From positions 1 to 42,602 of IMG/VR virus record IMGVR_UViG_3300011435_000024: DNA of 42,602 nt; one strand, written 5' to 3'. Positions 24,812 to 33,001 of the stretch are shown here, piece by piece. Numbering within the stretch: position 1 is the stretch's first letter; each line of letters starts with the position of its first letter. Position numbers and translations under genes: made by a program. The stretch is from a virus (Duplodnaviria; Caudoviricetes). The notes under the pieces are model-generated. The model saw nothing but the letters and a program-made list of their open reading frames with translations, was not told where the DNA came from and did no database searches.

Positions 24812-26209
24812 ATGCGACGCCTGCTCCTGCTCGCGCTGCTCGTGATCGTCGCCGCCCCTGGCTGCGACGCGGCCGCACCGCAGCAGCACGCCCAGGTGCT
24901 CGCGCGCCGCAACGCCACGAGCACGGTGCTACCCTCCGGCCTCGCGGCATGGTTCGCGAACGACTGGGGCGGCACGGACATTCCCGAGGCGCTGGGCACC
25001 GGACCGGGCACGATGAACGATAGCGGCGGCGCGGTCGTGCTGACGTATGTGCCGGCCGATGGCGCGTGGGTGTATTTCCCGGCCGGACTCACCACGAGCT
25101 CGATCACGACACCGTATGACGCCAGTTTCAACATCACCGGGGACAATGAGATCCAGGCGAAGGCCTGGGCTACGGACTGGACCCCGACCACGGCAAAATA
25201 CGTGTTCCTGCGTGGCACAGCCACGGGCACCTCGCAGTGGTATTTCCGAAACAACTCCTCCACGGCGGGCACGCTGTTGGTCGCGAAGACCAATTCCGGG
25301 ACGACGCGCACCAGTGACGATCCGGTGGGTTTCAGCAACGGCGCGCCCGGCTGGATCCGGGTGCGCGTCGACGTGGGCACGGATGTAACGTTCGACACGT
25401 CGACCGACGGCTCGAGCTGGAGCGACCTGGGCGGAGTCGAGACCGATATCGCGGCGGCGACGACCGAGGCCACGTATGGGCTGGTGCTCGGCGCGGCGGC
25501 CTCGGCCGGGACCGGACAATTTGAGGGCGGGCTCTATCAACTGCTCTGGTATCCGAATGTGACCAACAGCTCGCCGGTCGTCACTTTCAACGCCGCGAAC
25601 TTCACCGCGCCGTATGCGACATGCCTGGATAGTGTCGGCCATACCTACACGATCAACCGGCCGTCGAGCGGCCTGCAGCCGTTTGTCGTCGACCGCTCGA
25701 TGCTCGTGGGCGACGGCAGCAATGACCTCTTCATCATCGCCGACCACAACCAGCTCGACCTCGGGACCGGGAGCGCGTCGGTCAGCATGCTGATCCGGGT
25801 GCATAACGTGTCGGCGAGTCGCGCGCTGATCGCGAACAAGACCGGCACCGGTCAGGGCTGGGCGCTCAATATCTCGGGGACGGGCATCACCGCCAACGCC
25901 AGCGACGGCACGGACAATGTGACGACGGGCTCGAGCACCATCACCCAGGGCACGGAGGCGACGCTCGTGACCTGGATCCGCGACGGCAACACGCTCCATG
26001 TCGCGCTCGACGGGGTGCGCGATGCCGGCACGGATATCTCGGCTGTGGGCAGCGTGACGAATGCGAACGCCCTCCACGTGCTCGCCTACAATTCGGCCGG
26101 CTCCTACGCGGACGGCGTGGCGGTGATGGGCCTGGCCCTGCACGGCAGCGCCCTGACCCCCGCGCAATGCGTGATCCTCAAGGCCGAGATGATTGCCGCC
26201 AACCAATGA
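24812..26209 (+). CDS. LamG/concanavalin A-like domain protein with signal peptide or lipobox
   Basis: MRRLLLLALLVIVAAPGC; two lectin-like segments (GDGSND...IADHNQLDLG...LDG...ALT). Confidence 0.65.
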   Translation: MRRLLLLALLVIVAAPGCDAAAPQQHAQVLARRNATSTVLPSGLAAWFANDWGGTDIPEALGTGPGTMNDSGGAVVLTYVPADGAWVYFPAGLTTSSITTPYDASFNITGDNEIQAKAWATDWTPTTAKYVFLRGTATGTSQWYFRNNSSTAGTLLVAKTNSGTTRTSDDPVGFSNGAPGWIRVRVDVGTDVTFDTSTDGSSWSDLGGVETDIAAATTEATYGLVLGAAASAGTGQFEGGLYQLLWYPNVTNSSPVVTFNAANFTAPYATCLDSVGHTYTINRPSSGLQPFVVDRSMLVGDGSNDLFIIADHNQLDLGTGSASVSMLIRVHNVSASRALIANKTGTGQGWALNISGTGITANASDGTDNVTTGSSTITQGTEATLVTWIRDGNTLHVALDGVRDAGTDISAVGSVTNANALHVLAYNSAGSYADGVAVMGLALHGSALTPAQCVILKAEMIAANQ

Positions 26210-29200
26210 AACGCTTTCTCGCAGTTCTCTTTCTGCTCACGGCCGCGGCGTTGCCCGCGCAGCAAATGGCGGGTTTGTTCATGGTGCCTTCGGCCGCCCG
26301 CGGCGGCCCGGCGCAACCGCCGGAGGAACCGCCGGAGGAAAACCCCGAGGAGCTGCCGCTGCGGATCAATGCCGCGGGACCGCTGCACTCCGATCCGGCG
26401 CTCGATGTGTGGGAGGCCTCGCGCCTGTTCACCGGCGGCTCGATCTCGACCTACACCGGCACGGTCGCGGGGGCGCCGGCGGTGCAATACGGCAGCGCGC
26501 TCTTTCTCACCGAGCTTTACGGGGCGTTCACCTTTGCGGCCAACGTCTCGACCAGTCCCAAGCTGGTGACGCTGTATTTTTCCGAGAACTACCGGACGAC
26601 GCCGGGGACGCGCCTGTTCGACGTGCGCGACGAGGACGAGGACACCCTGCTGCTGGACGATTTTGACGTGTTCGCGGAGGCCAACGGGCAGCGGATCGCG
26701 ATCGCCCGCTCGTTTCTGATCACGCCGGCGGACGGCTCGATCAATCTCGCCTGGGAGGACGCGGGCCCGGCCGATCCGATCGTGAACGCGATCAAGATCG
26801 AGGAGTATGTGGCGACGCCGCCGGCGGCGATCGCCGATCTCGCGACGGTCGCGGGCGACACGCAGGTGACCTTTACGTTCACGCCCGCGGAGAACAGCAC
26901 GCAGACGAACCTCTATTGGGACACCACGAGCACCGTCACGACCGGCGACACCAAGGTGGCCGACATTCAATCGGGCCATGCCCTCACCGGCCTGGCCAAC
27001 GGCGTGCAGATCTGGGCGAAGGTCGCCGCGGAAAATGACGACGGCGAATCGGCGCTCTCCAATCTCGTGACGGCGACGCCGGCCGCGGCGGTGGCCGGCG
27101 TCACCCTTTTTGCCAACGTCGCCGGCAGTGACGCCAACGACGGCAGCAACAACACCACGCAGGCCCTGCGGTCCGCGATCGGGATGCGCGACCGGATGCG
27201 CGTGCTGACCGGCCGCACGGTCGACGGCACGACGGCGCTGCCGCTGGGCTGGACGGGCGCGCGGCTGGAGTTTGACGCCGGCACCTTTCCCCAGGTGGCA
27301 ACGATGTTCCTGGACGAGCGCGACAGCGGATCGTCGCCGCATCCGATTGTTTACGCGGGCGCGGCCGGCGAGGAGATCATCTGGACCGGCGCGCACCAGG
27401 TCGACGATGAGGATTGGTCGCTCGTCACCTCCGCCAACGCCTACGCCTGGGGACGCCTGCCCACGGCGACGCGCGCGCAGACCTACCAGTTGAACGTCAC
27501 GGCGCAGGGCATCAACACCGGCACGCTCTCGGGCGGCTTCAGCAGCGTGGAAAACACCCTGATGTTGATCGTCGATGGCGAGATGAAACACATGTCGCGC
27601 TGGCCAAACGCCGCCGATTCATCCGGCAGTGGCTGGGTTGTGCTCGACTCGTGGACGGACACCGGTCCCGGCGGCGCGGCCACGATGACCTTCAGCGAGA
27701 CGACGCCGCAGGCGTGGAACGAGGCCAACCAGGACATTCTGGTCTACGGCGCGCCGGGGGTGCCGTTCTCACTCGCGTGGGAGCGGACCTCCGCGATCGA
27801 CACCGTGAGCGGCGCCACGCGCCTGACGATCCCGGCCCGGTCCGGCAGCTACGCGATCAACTACACGGCGGGCGTCTCGCACTTCGTCGCGCTGCGCAAC
27901 GCGCTCAACGCCGTGACCGCGGGCACGTATGCCTGGAACAGGTTCAACGGGATGCTCTACTACCTGCCGGCGGACGGCGAAGGCGCGCCGACCAACACCA
28001 GCCTGACGCTGCTCGATGGGCTCGTGCAGTGTGGCACGGACGAAACGCCCGCCAACGCCGCGCAGTATGTGACGTTCGAGAACATCACCTTTGAGGGCAC
28101 GCGCTCGAAGGCGGTCGTCGGTTACCACGCCGCCGGCGTACGCCTCGAGGATTGCACGTTCCGCAACATGGGCGGCAACGCGTTCTATTTCGAGGATGCG
28201 CTGACCTCGGGCGCGGACGGCTGCACGTTCCTGAATCTCGGGCGCGGGCCCGGCTACCTGCAGGGGCAGGGGCACAGCACGCTGACGGACAGCGGCTGCT
28301 TCTTCACGGGCAACGCGGGGGATGAGCTCGGCTGGTATGACGTGAGCATTCCCGGCGCGCTCTGGCTGAATGATCAAAATGGCAACGCGGGCTGTGGGGT
28401 GGCGGTCACTGGGAACACCTTCACCGACGTGCGCGGCGCGGTGATCATGAACGGCTCCTCGCGCGTGCTGATCGACGACAATGTCTTTCAGCGCACCGCG
28501 ACGATGGTCGGCGACCTGGGCACGGTCTACATGGGCGCGAAGTTCACCTGCCGGTATGTCACGATCTCGGGCTGCTCGTTTCTCGATCAGACGGAGATGC
28601 AGCACGTCGATCATTCGGTGTTCGCGATCTACATCGACGACGCGTTCCGCGGCGCAGTGATCGAGGACAACATTTTCAACGCCTGCTCCGACGGCATCCA
28701 GCTCGGCGGCGGGCAGGAGACCATCGTCCGGCGCAATAAATTCACGGACTGCCACCTGGGCCAGCAACAGGCGCCGATCCGCATCGCCTCGCGCATCCCG
28801 CGCACCGATCTGCACGCGCCGATTTCGGCGGACCTCAATGCCGTGCCGCTGAACGCAGAGCCGTGGGCGACGGACTTCCCGGAACTCGGGGGGAATATCG
28901 AGCAAACCGGCGTCACCGCAAATGCCGGCAATGACACGTGGACCAAGACCAATCACCGCCTGGTGAACGGCCAGCGCGTGGAGTTTGATGCCGGCACGGG
29001 CTTCGGCGGGTTTTCCGCCGGCACGTTCTACTGGGTGCGCGACCGCGCGGACAACACCTTCAAGCTCTCCGCGACCGAGGGCGGCGCGGTCAAGGATGTG
29101 ACGAGCAACGGCACCGCCGGCGTGATCCGCGGCGAGCTCTACGCGTGGCGCCTGTATCCGTCCAATGGTAGCGGCCAGAATACCACGACGATCGTCGACA

Positions 29201-29370
29201 ACATGGCGACCAATGGCACCTACCTGATCACGATCTCGCCGGTAACCGGGGGTAATTCACTGCTGCCGTTTCACGACTTCACGCAGCTGAATTACACGCC
29301 GGGCTCGAGCGGCACGCCGGTCGAGGGCGGGGGCACGGCCGCGCTCTCCACGATGGACCGGCAATTCTAG
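26206..29370 (+). CDS. Secreted-type carbohydrate-active protein: malectin, FnIII and right-handed beta-helix (depolymerase/tailspike-like)
   Basis: Signal MKRFLAVLFLLTAAALPA; malectin LRINAAG...VTLYFSE...RLFDV...DFDVFAEA...VNAIKI; FnIII LTGLANG...VAAEN..GES; beta-helix GSDANDGS, FENITFE, IYIDD. Confidence 0.8.
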   Translation: MKRFLAVLFLLTAAALPAQQMAGLFMVPSAARGGPAQPPEEPPEENPEELPLRINAAGPLHSDPALDVWEASRLFTGGSISTYTGTVAGAPAVQYGSALFLTELYGAFTFAANVSTSPKLVTLYFSENYRTTPGTRLFDVRDEDEDTLLLDDFDVFAEANGQRIAIARSFLITPADGSINLAWEDAGPADPIVNAIKIEEYVATPPAAIADLATVAGDTQVTFTFTPAENSTQTNLYWDTTSTVTTGDTKVADIQSGHALTGLANGVQIWAKVAAENDDGESALSNLVTATPAAAVAGVTLFANVAGSDANDGSNNTTQALRSAIGMRDRMRVLTGRTVDGTTALPLGWTGARLEFDAGTFPQVATMFLDERDSGSSPHPIVYAGAAGEEIIWTGAHQVDDEDWSLVTSANAYAWGRLPTATRAQTYQLNVTAQGINTGTLSGGFSSVENTLMLIVDGEMKHMSRWPNAADSSGSGWVVLDSWTDTGPGGAATMTFSETTPQAWNEANQDILVYGAPGVPFSLAWERTSAIDTVSGATRLTIPARSGSYAINYTAGVSHFVALRNALNAVTAGTYAWNRFNGMLYYLPADGEGAPTNTSLTLLDGLVQCGTDETPANAAQYVTFENITFEGTRSKAVVGYHAAGVRLEDCTFRNMGGNAFYFEDALTSGADGCTFLNLGRGPGYLQGQGHSTLTDSGCFFTGNAGDELGWYDVSIPGALWLNDQNGNAGCGVAVTGNTFTDVRGAVIMNGSSRVLIDDNVFQRTATMVGDLGTVYMGAKFTCRYVTISGCSFLDQTEMQHVDHSVFAIYIDDAFRGAVIEDNIFNACSDGIQLGGGQETIVRRNKFTDCHLGQQQAPIRIASRIPRTDLHAPISADLNAVPLNAEPWATDFPELGGNIEQTGVTANAGNDTWTKTNHRLVNGQRVEFDAGTGFGGFSAGTFYWVRDRADNTFKLSATEGGAVKDVTSNGTAGVIRGELYAWRLYPSNGSGQNTTTIVDNMATNGTYLITISPVTGGNSLLPFHDFTQLNYTPGSSGTPVEGGGTAALSTMDRQF

Positions 29371-29474
29371 TGCCACGACCAGCACGCAAACGCAAAGAGC
29401 GCCACGTATGAAGCAATCACGAACACCAGAAACAGGGCCGCCAGTGTCGCCGCGGTGGGCAGGCGGCGTTTCAT
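29367..29474 (-). CDS. Small membrane peptide (35 aa)
   Basis: MKRRLPTAATLAALFLVFVIASYVALFAFACWSWH; ATGA-coupled to the SGNH gene. Confidence 0.5.
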   Translation of the reverse strand: MKRRLPTAATLAALFLVFVIASYVALFAFACWSWH

Positions 29475-30193
29475 GGGCAGGCCGTGGCGGCGATCGCGGC
29501 CGCGAGCAGGGCCGCGAGCTGGTGGCGGCCGGCGGCGTTGAGGTGGATCCCGTCCGGGCTGAAATGCCCGGCCTGCAGGGCGCGGGTGGGAACGGCGGCC
29601 GGCGCGGCCAGCGCCGCGCGGTAGGCAGGGGCATCCTGCTGGTAGAGGGCGGCCACGACGGCGTTGCGCAGCGCCACGGGCAGCGCCGCGGGTGCATGGG
29701 GCGCCAGCGGCGGCAGCTCGACGACCAGCGGCACGATGCCGCGCTGCGCGAGCGCGTGCTCGAGGCAGGCCACGTGATGCGCGTAGAAATCCGCGCCAAC
29801 GCCGACGAGGAAATCGTTCGTGCCGACGAGCAGCACGCACACATCGGGCTGCCATTCGCCCCAGAGCGGGCCGGCCGGCGCGGCCAGCAGCCAGTCATAG
29901 ACCGCGCGACTGCGCGCGCCCGGCAGACCGTGCGACCGCACCTCGACGGCCAGCGCCCGCTCGGCCAGCGCCGCGGCCAGCCCGGCATCGAGTTTCTGAC
30001 CGGAGGCCCAGCTATCGCCCAGCAGCATGACGCGCAGCGCCGTTTCCGGCGCGCGCGGGGCGCGCGGTTCCAGGGTGGGCAGCGGGCGCCAGGCGACAAA
30101 TTGCTGCAGGGCGAGACCACCGGCGCCGGCGACCAGCAGGCCGGCGAGACCAAGGGCCGCGAGCGCCCGGCGCAGTGTGATAGTGCGTTGCAC
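29471..30193 (-). CDS. SGNH/GDSL hydrolase with N-terminal membrane anchor (moron)
   Basis: LLGDSW, G..G, VGTND and DGIHLN blocks; opposite strand to the late operon. Confidence 0.85.
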   Translation of the reverse strand: MQRTITLRRALAALGLAGLLVAGAGGLALQQFVAWRPLPTLEPRAPRAPETALRVMLLGDSWASGQKLDAGLAAALAERALAVEVRSHGLPGARSRAVYDWLLAAPAGPLWGEWQPDVCVLLVGTNDFLVGVGADFYAHHVACLEHALAQRGIVPLVVELPPLAPHAPAALPVALRNAVVAALYQQDAPAYRAALAAPAAVPTRALQAGHFSPDGIHLNAAGRHQLAALLAAAIAATACP

Positions 30194-30275
30194 TATTCAG
30201 AAACAACACGCGCGGGCCGGGATGGCGAGCGCGCGCGCGCCTGATTCACCGCTCCGAGTAAACCCGACCCCCTCG

Positions 30276-30599
30276 ATGAAAACCCTCTTCGCCTTCGCCC
30301 TGCTCCTCGCCGCCGGCCTCACCGCGGCCGAGGCGCCCGCCCCGCTCCTCCCGGAATATCAGGCGCTCTATGCCACCGCCACCGGCGGGGGCGAGGCGCT
30401 GGTGTATCGGATGAATGCCGACGTGATCGCCGCGCGGCAGGACGCGGCGGAGCTGCGCCGACAGATGGAGGCGCTCAACGCCGAACGGGTAACGCTGCAC
30501 GCGCAGGTCGCCGCGCTCACGGCCGAGCGGGACGCGGCGCACCAGGCACGCGATGCCGCGCTGGCGCGGCTGGCCCGGATCCGGGCCGAATTTGAGTAG
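30276..30599 (+). CDS. Signal-peptide coiled-coil protein (spanin-like?)
   Basis: MKTLFAFALLLAAGLTAA followed by a heptad-rich C-terminus. Confidence 0.55.
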   Translation: MKTLFAFALLLAAGLTAAEAPAPLLPEYQALYATATGGGEALVYRMNADVIAARQDAAELRRQMEALNAERVTLHAQVAALTAERDAAHQARDAALARLARIRAEFE

Positions 30600-30607
30600 G
30601 CTTTCCC

Positions 30608-31306
30608 ATGAATGACACCATCAAGCCACGGGCGGCGAAAAGCCCGGTGAAGTCGAAAACGTTTTGGGGACTCGGGTTGCTGGTCGCGACCCTGGTAACG
30701 AGCAAGACCGGCATCCCGCTCGCGCCGGAGGACGTGGATCTGGCCGTCCAGGCGATCACCGGCGCGGTCGGCACGATCCTGGGCGTCTGGGGCCGCGTGA
30801 CGGCGAAGGAACGGATCAAGGCGCCCAGCCTGCCGCTGCCGGTGCTGGCGCTCCTGATGCCGATCCTCACACTCCATGTGATCTTTCTCGTCGGCCTGAG
30901 CGGCTGCGCGAGCAGCGGGGGCGGGGAGGCGCCGACCATCGCGCGCGAGATCGACCTCGCGCTGGTGGGCATCACGGCCGGCGTGCTGCGCAACAACCCC
31001 CGCTACGAGCCGATGGTGGGCGATATCATCGCGCGGATCGACGTGCTGGTGGCGCGCGGCCACACCTCGCCGGCGCTGCTGGCGGAGTTCCTCGCGCAAC
31101 TGCAGGCGAAGCACGGGCTGCAGGGCGCGGATCTCGAGGAGATCACCGCGGCGATCACGGCGGTGCGGCTGGTCTACAGCCGCGTGACCGGGCAGCCCTT
31201 CCCGCTCGAGCTGCAGCTGGACGCGCGCGCGGTCGCCTACATGCGCGCGGTGCAGGCCGCGCTGGCCGAGGGCACGACCTGGGCCCAGTTGTTCCCGAAA
31301 GCCTGA
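30608..31306 (+). CDS. Holin-like membrane protein with internal lipobox-like motif
   Basis: SKTFWG...GTILGVWGRVTAK holin-like module, then a hydrophobic helix ending LSGC. Confidence 0.55.
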   Translation: MNDTIKPRAAKSPVKSKTFWGLGLLVATLVTSKTGIPLAPEDVDLAVQAITGAVGTILGVWGRVTAKERIKAPSLPLPVLALLMPILTLHVIFLVGLSGCASSGGGEAPTIAREIDLALVGITAGVLRNNPRYEPMVGDIIARIDVLVARGHTSPALLAEFLAQLQAKHGLQGADLEEITAAITAVRLVYSRVTGQPFPLELQLDARAVAYMRAVQAALAEGTTWAQLFPKA

Positions 31307-31313
31307 ACCGCCC

Positions 31314-31613
31314 ATGCAAAAGTTCTTCGATCCGCGGATCACCCTGGGGAATCTGATCTCGATCGTGGCCTTCGTCGCGGGCGCGGCCATCTGGTACGCG
31401 ACCGTGGGCGCCAGCATCCAGCAGATCGAGACCGAGCAGGCGGCGATGAAGCTGAGCATCCGGGACATTGACCAGCGCCTGACCGAGAACGAGCGGGATT
31501 TCGCTGTGAGCGAGAACCAGGCCAAGTGGATCCTCGAGAGCCTGCAGCGGCTGCAGGCCGACCGCGGGATCTACACCACGCCGCCCAACAACAACCATCA
31601 CGCGCCGCGCTGA
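31314..31613 (+). CDS. Single-TM coiled-coil protein (lysis-associated?)
   Basis: ITLGNLISIVAFVAGAAIWY followed by coiled coil. Confidence 0.6.
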   Translation: MQKFFDPRITLGNLISIVAFVAGAAIWYATVGASIQQIETEQAAMKLSIRDIDQRLTENERDFAVSENQAKWILESLQRLQADRGIYTTPPNNNHHAPR

Positions 31614-31615
31614 TC

Positions 31616-32089
31616 ATGCCCGCCTACGAATACGAAATCCCCACCACGCCGATCCGCTTCGTGCTCCTGCGCACGATCGAACGCCGGGACGATCCGGTGT
31701 TGATCCAGGGCGGCGCGGTGGTGGAGAGCGGGGAACGGCTGCCGGGTTGGCCGGCAAACCCCGGCAACCTGCCGGACGGTTACGTGCCGGTGCGCCGGAT
31801 CCCGGTGCCGACCTCGATCACGATCCCCGGCACGGTGCGCGACCCGTGGAATCAGGACAACCAGGTGCAGGACGCCTACCGCTACCTCGAGGAGCGGGGC
31901 AAGCTCGCGCCGTGGATGATCCCGCCGGCGGAGGCCAAGGCCGCGCTGGCATTGCCCGAACCCGACGAGCCGAACGAGGCCGAGGAGGCGGAGCTGTTCG
32001 CGAAGCTCGATGAGCAGGCCGAACGCGGCAATCTCGCACCAGCCGGCCGTGCAGTAGCCGCGGCCGGCGTGCAGGAGGCCACGCCGTGA
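31616..32089 (+). CDS. Hypothetical protein with FmdB-like MPAYEY start but no Cys
   Basis: ATG 2 nt after the previous stop; MPxYEY N-terminus. Confidence 0.6.
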   Translation: MPAYEYEIPTTPIRFVLLRTIERRDDPVLIQGGAVVESGERLPGWPANPGNLPDGYVPVRRIPVPTSITIPGTVRDPWNQDNQVQDAYRYLEERGKLAPWMIPPAEAKAALALPEPDEPNEAEEAELFAKLDEQAERGNLAPAGRAVAAAGVQEATP

Positions 32090-32994
32090 ATCTCCTGCAG
32101 CACGCCCAGAGCATCGCGGAAAAAGTCGGCCTGACCGACGCGGCGACCGTCGCGAAGGTGAAGGGCTGGCTGGCGGAACGCCACGAGCACATTTGGAATC
32201 TGGCGCTCTGGCGCGACGCGCTCACCCTCTACACGCCGGCGGTCGACGCCGGCGCGACCCACTGGATCCTGCCTGACCCGGCCAGCGCGGTGCCGGCCGC
32301 AGCCTGGGACCGGCGCAACCTGTTCCCGGCGGACGAGGCGCTGCAGTTCACGCGCAACCTCGAATCGTTGTTCAACGAGGGCGACCCGCTCGAGGTGGCC
32401 GACGTGGGGACGGTGGGCCTCGCGGTGCAGCCGGAGGGCGAGGCGCTGGTGTTTGTCTCGGACGATGCCGGCGACACCAGCAGCGTGACGGTCGAGGGGA
32501 TGCTGGCCGGCGTGACCCGGCGCGAGACCGTGACCCTGACGGGCACCGACCCCGCCGGGCCGACGGAGGCCTTTGATCTGATCCGCAGCTTTTCGCGCAC
32601 GGTGGGATCCGGCACGGTGTCGGCCTGCACGGAGGACGAGCTCACCGTGCTGGGCACGCTGGGCCCGGCGGAGATCCAGAAGCGGCACGTCCGGCTGCGC
32701 CTGCTGCCGGCCGCGCTCGCCGCGGGCACGATGCTGATCCTGGCGAAGCGGACGCCGCCGGCGTTCACGGTCAACGCGGCCGTGATGGGCCTGCCGGCGC
32801 AGGCCGAGGCGGCGGTGGCCGCGCTCGCGCACGCCAACGCGCACGAGTGGATGCGGCAATACGCCAAGGCGGCCGACAAGGTGGCCGAGGCGCAGGCCTT
32901 CCTCAAGGTCGCGCTCGACCAGGACGTGTTCACGACGATGCGGCGCCAGCAGATCGTGCCGGCCGACGGGGTGGGCAACTGCCGGGCGTGGTGA
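32086..32994 (+). CDS. Putative head-tail adaptor / tail tubular protein
   Basis: Helical termini around a beta core; directly before the nozzle-like gene. Confidence 0.55.
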   Translation: MNLLQHAQSIAEKVGLTDAATVAKVKGWLAERHEHIWNLALWRDALTLYTPAVDAGATHWILPDPASAVPAAAWDRRNLFPADEALQFTRNLESLFNEGDPLEVADVGTVGLAVQPEGEALVFVSDDAGDTSSVTVEGMLAGVTRRETVTLTGTDPAGPTEAFDLIRSFSRTVGSGTVSACTEDELTVLGTLGPAEIQKRHVRLRLLPAALAAGTMLILAKRTPPAFTVNAAVMGLPAQAEAAVAALAHANAHEWMRQYAKAADKVAEAQAFLKVALDQDVFTTMRRQQIVPADGVGNCRAW

Positions 32995-33001
32995 TCCTCC
33001 C

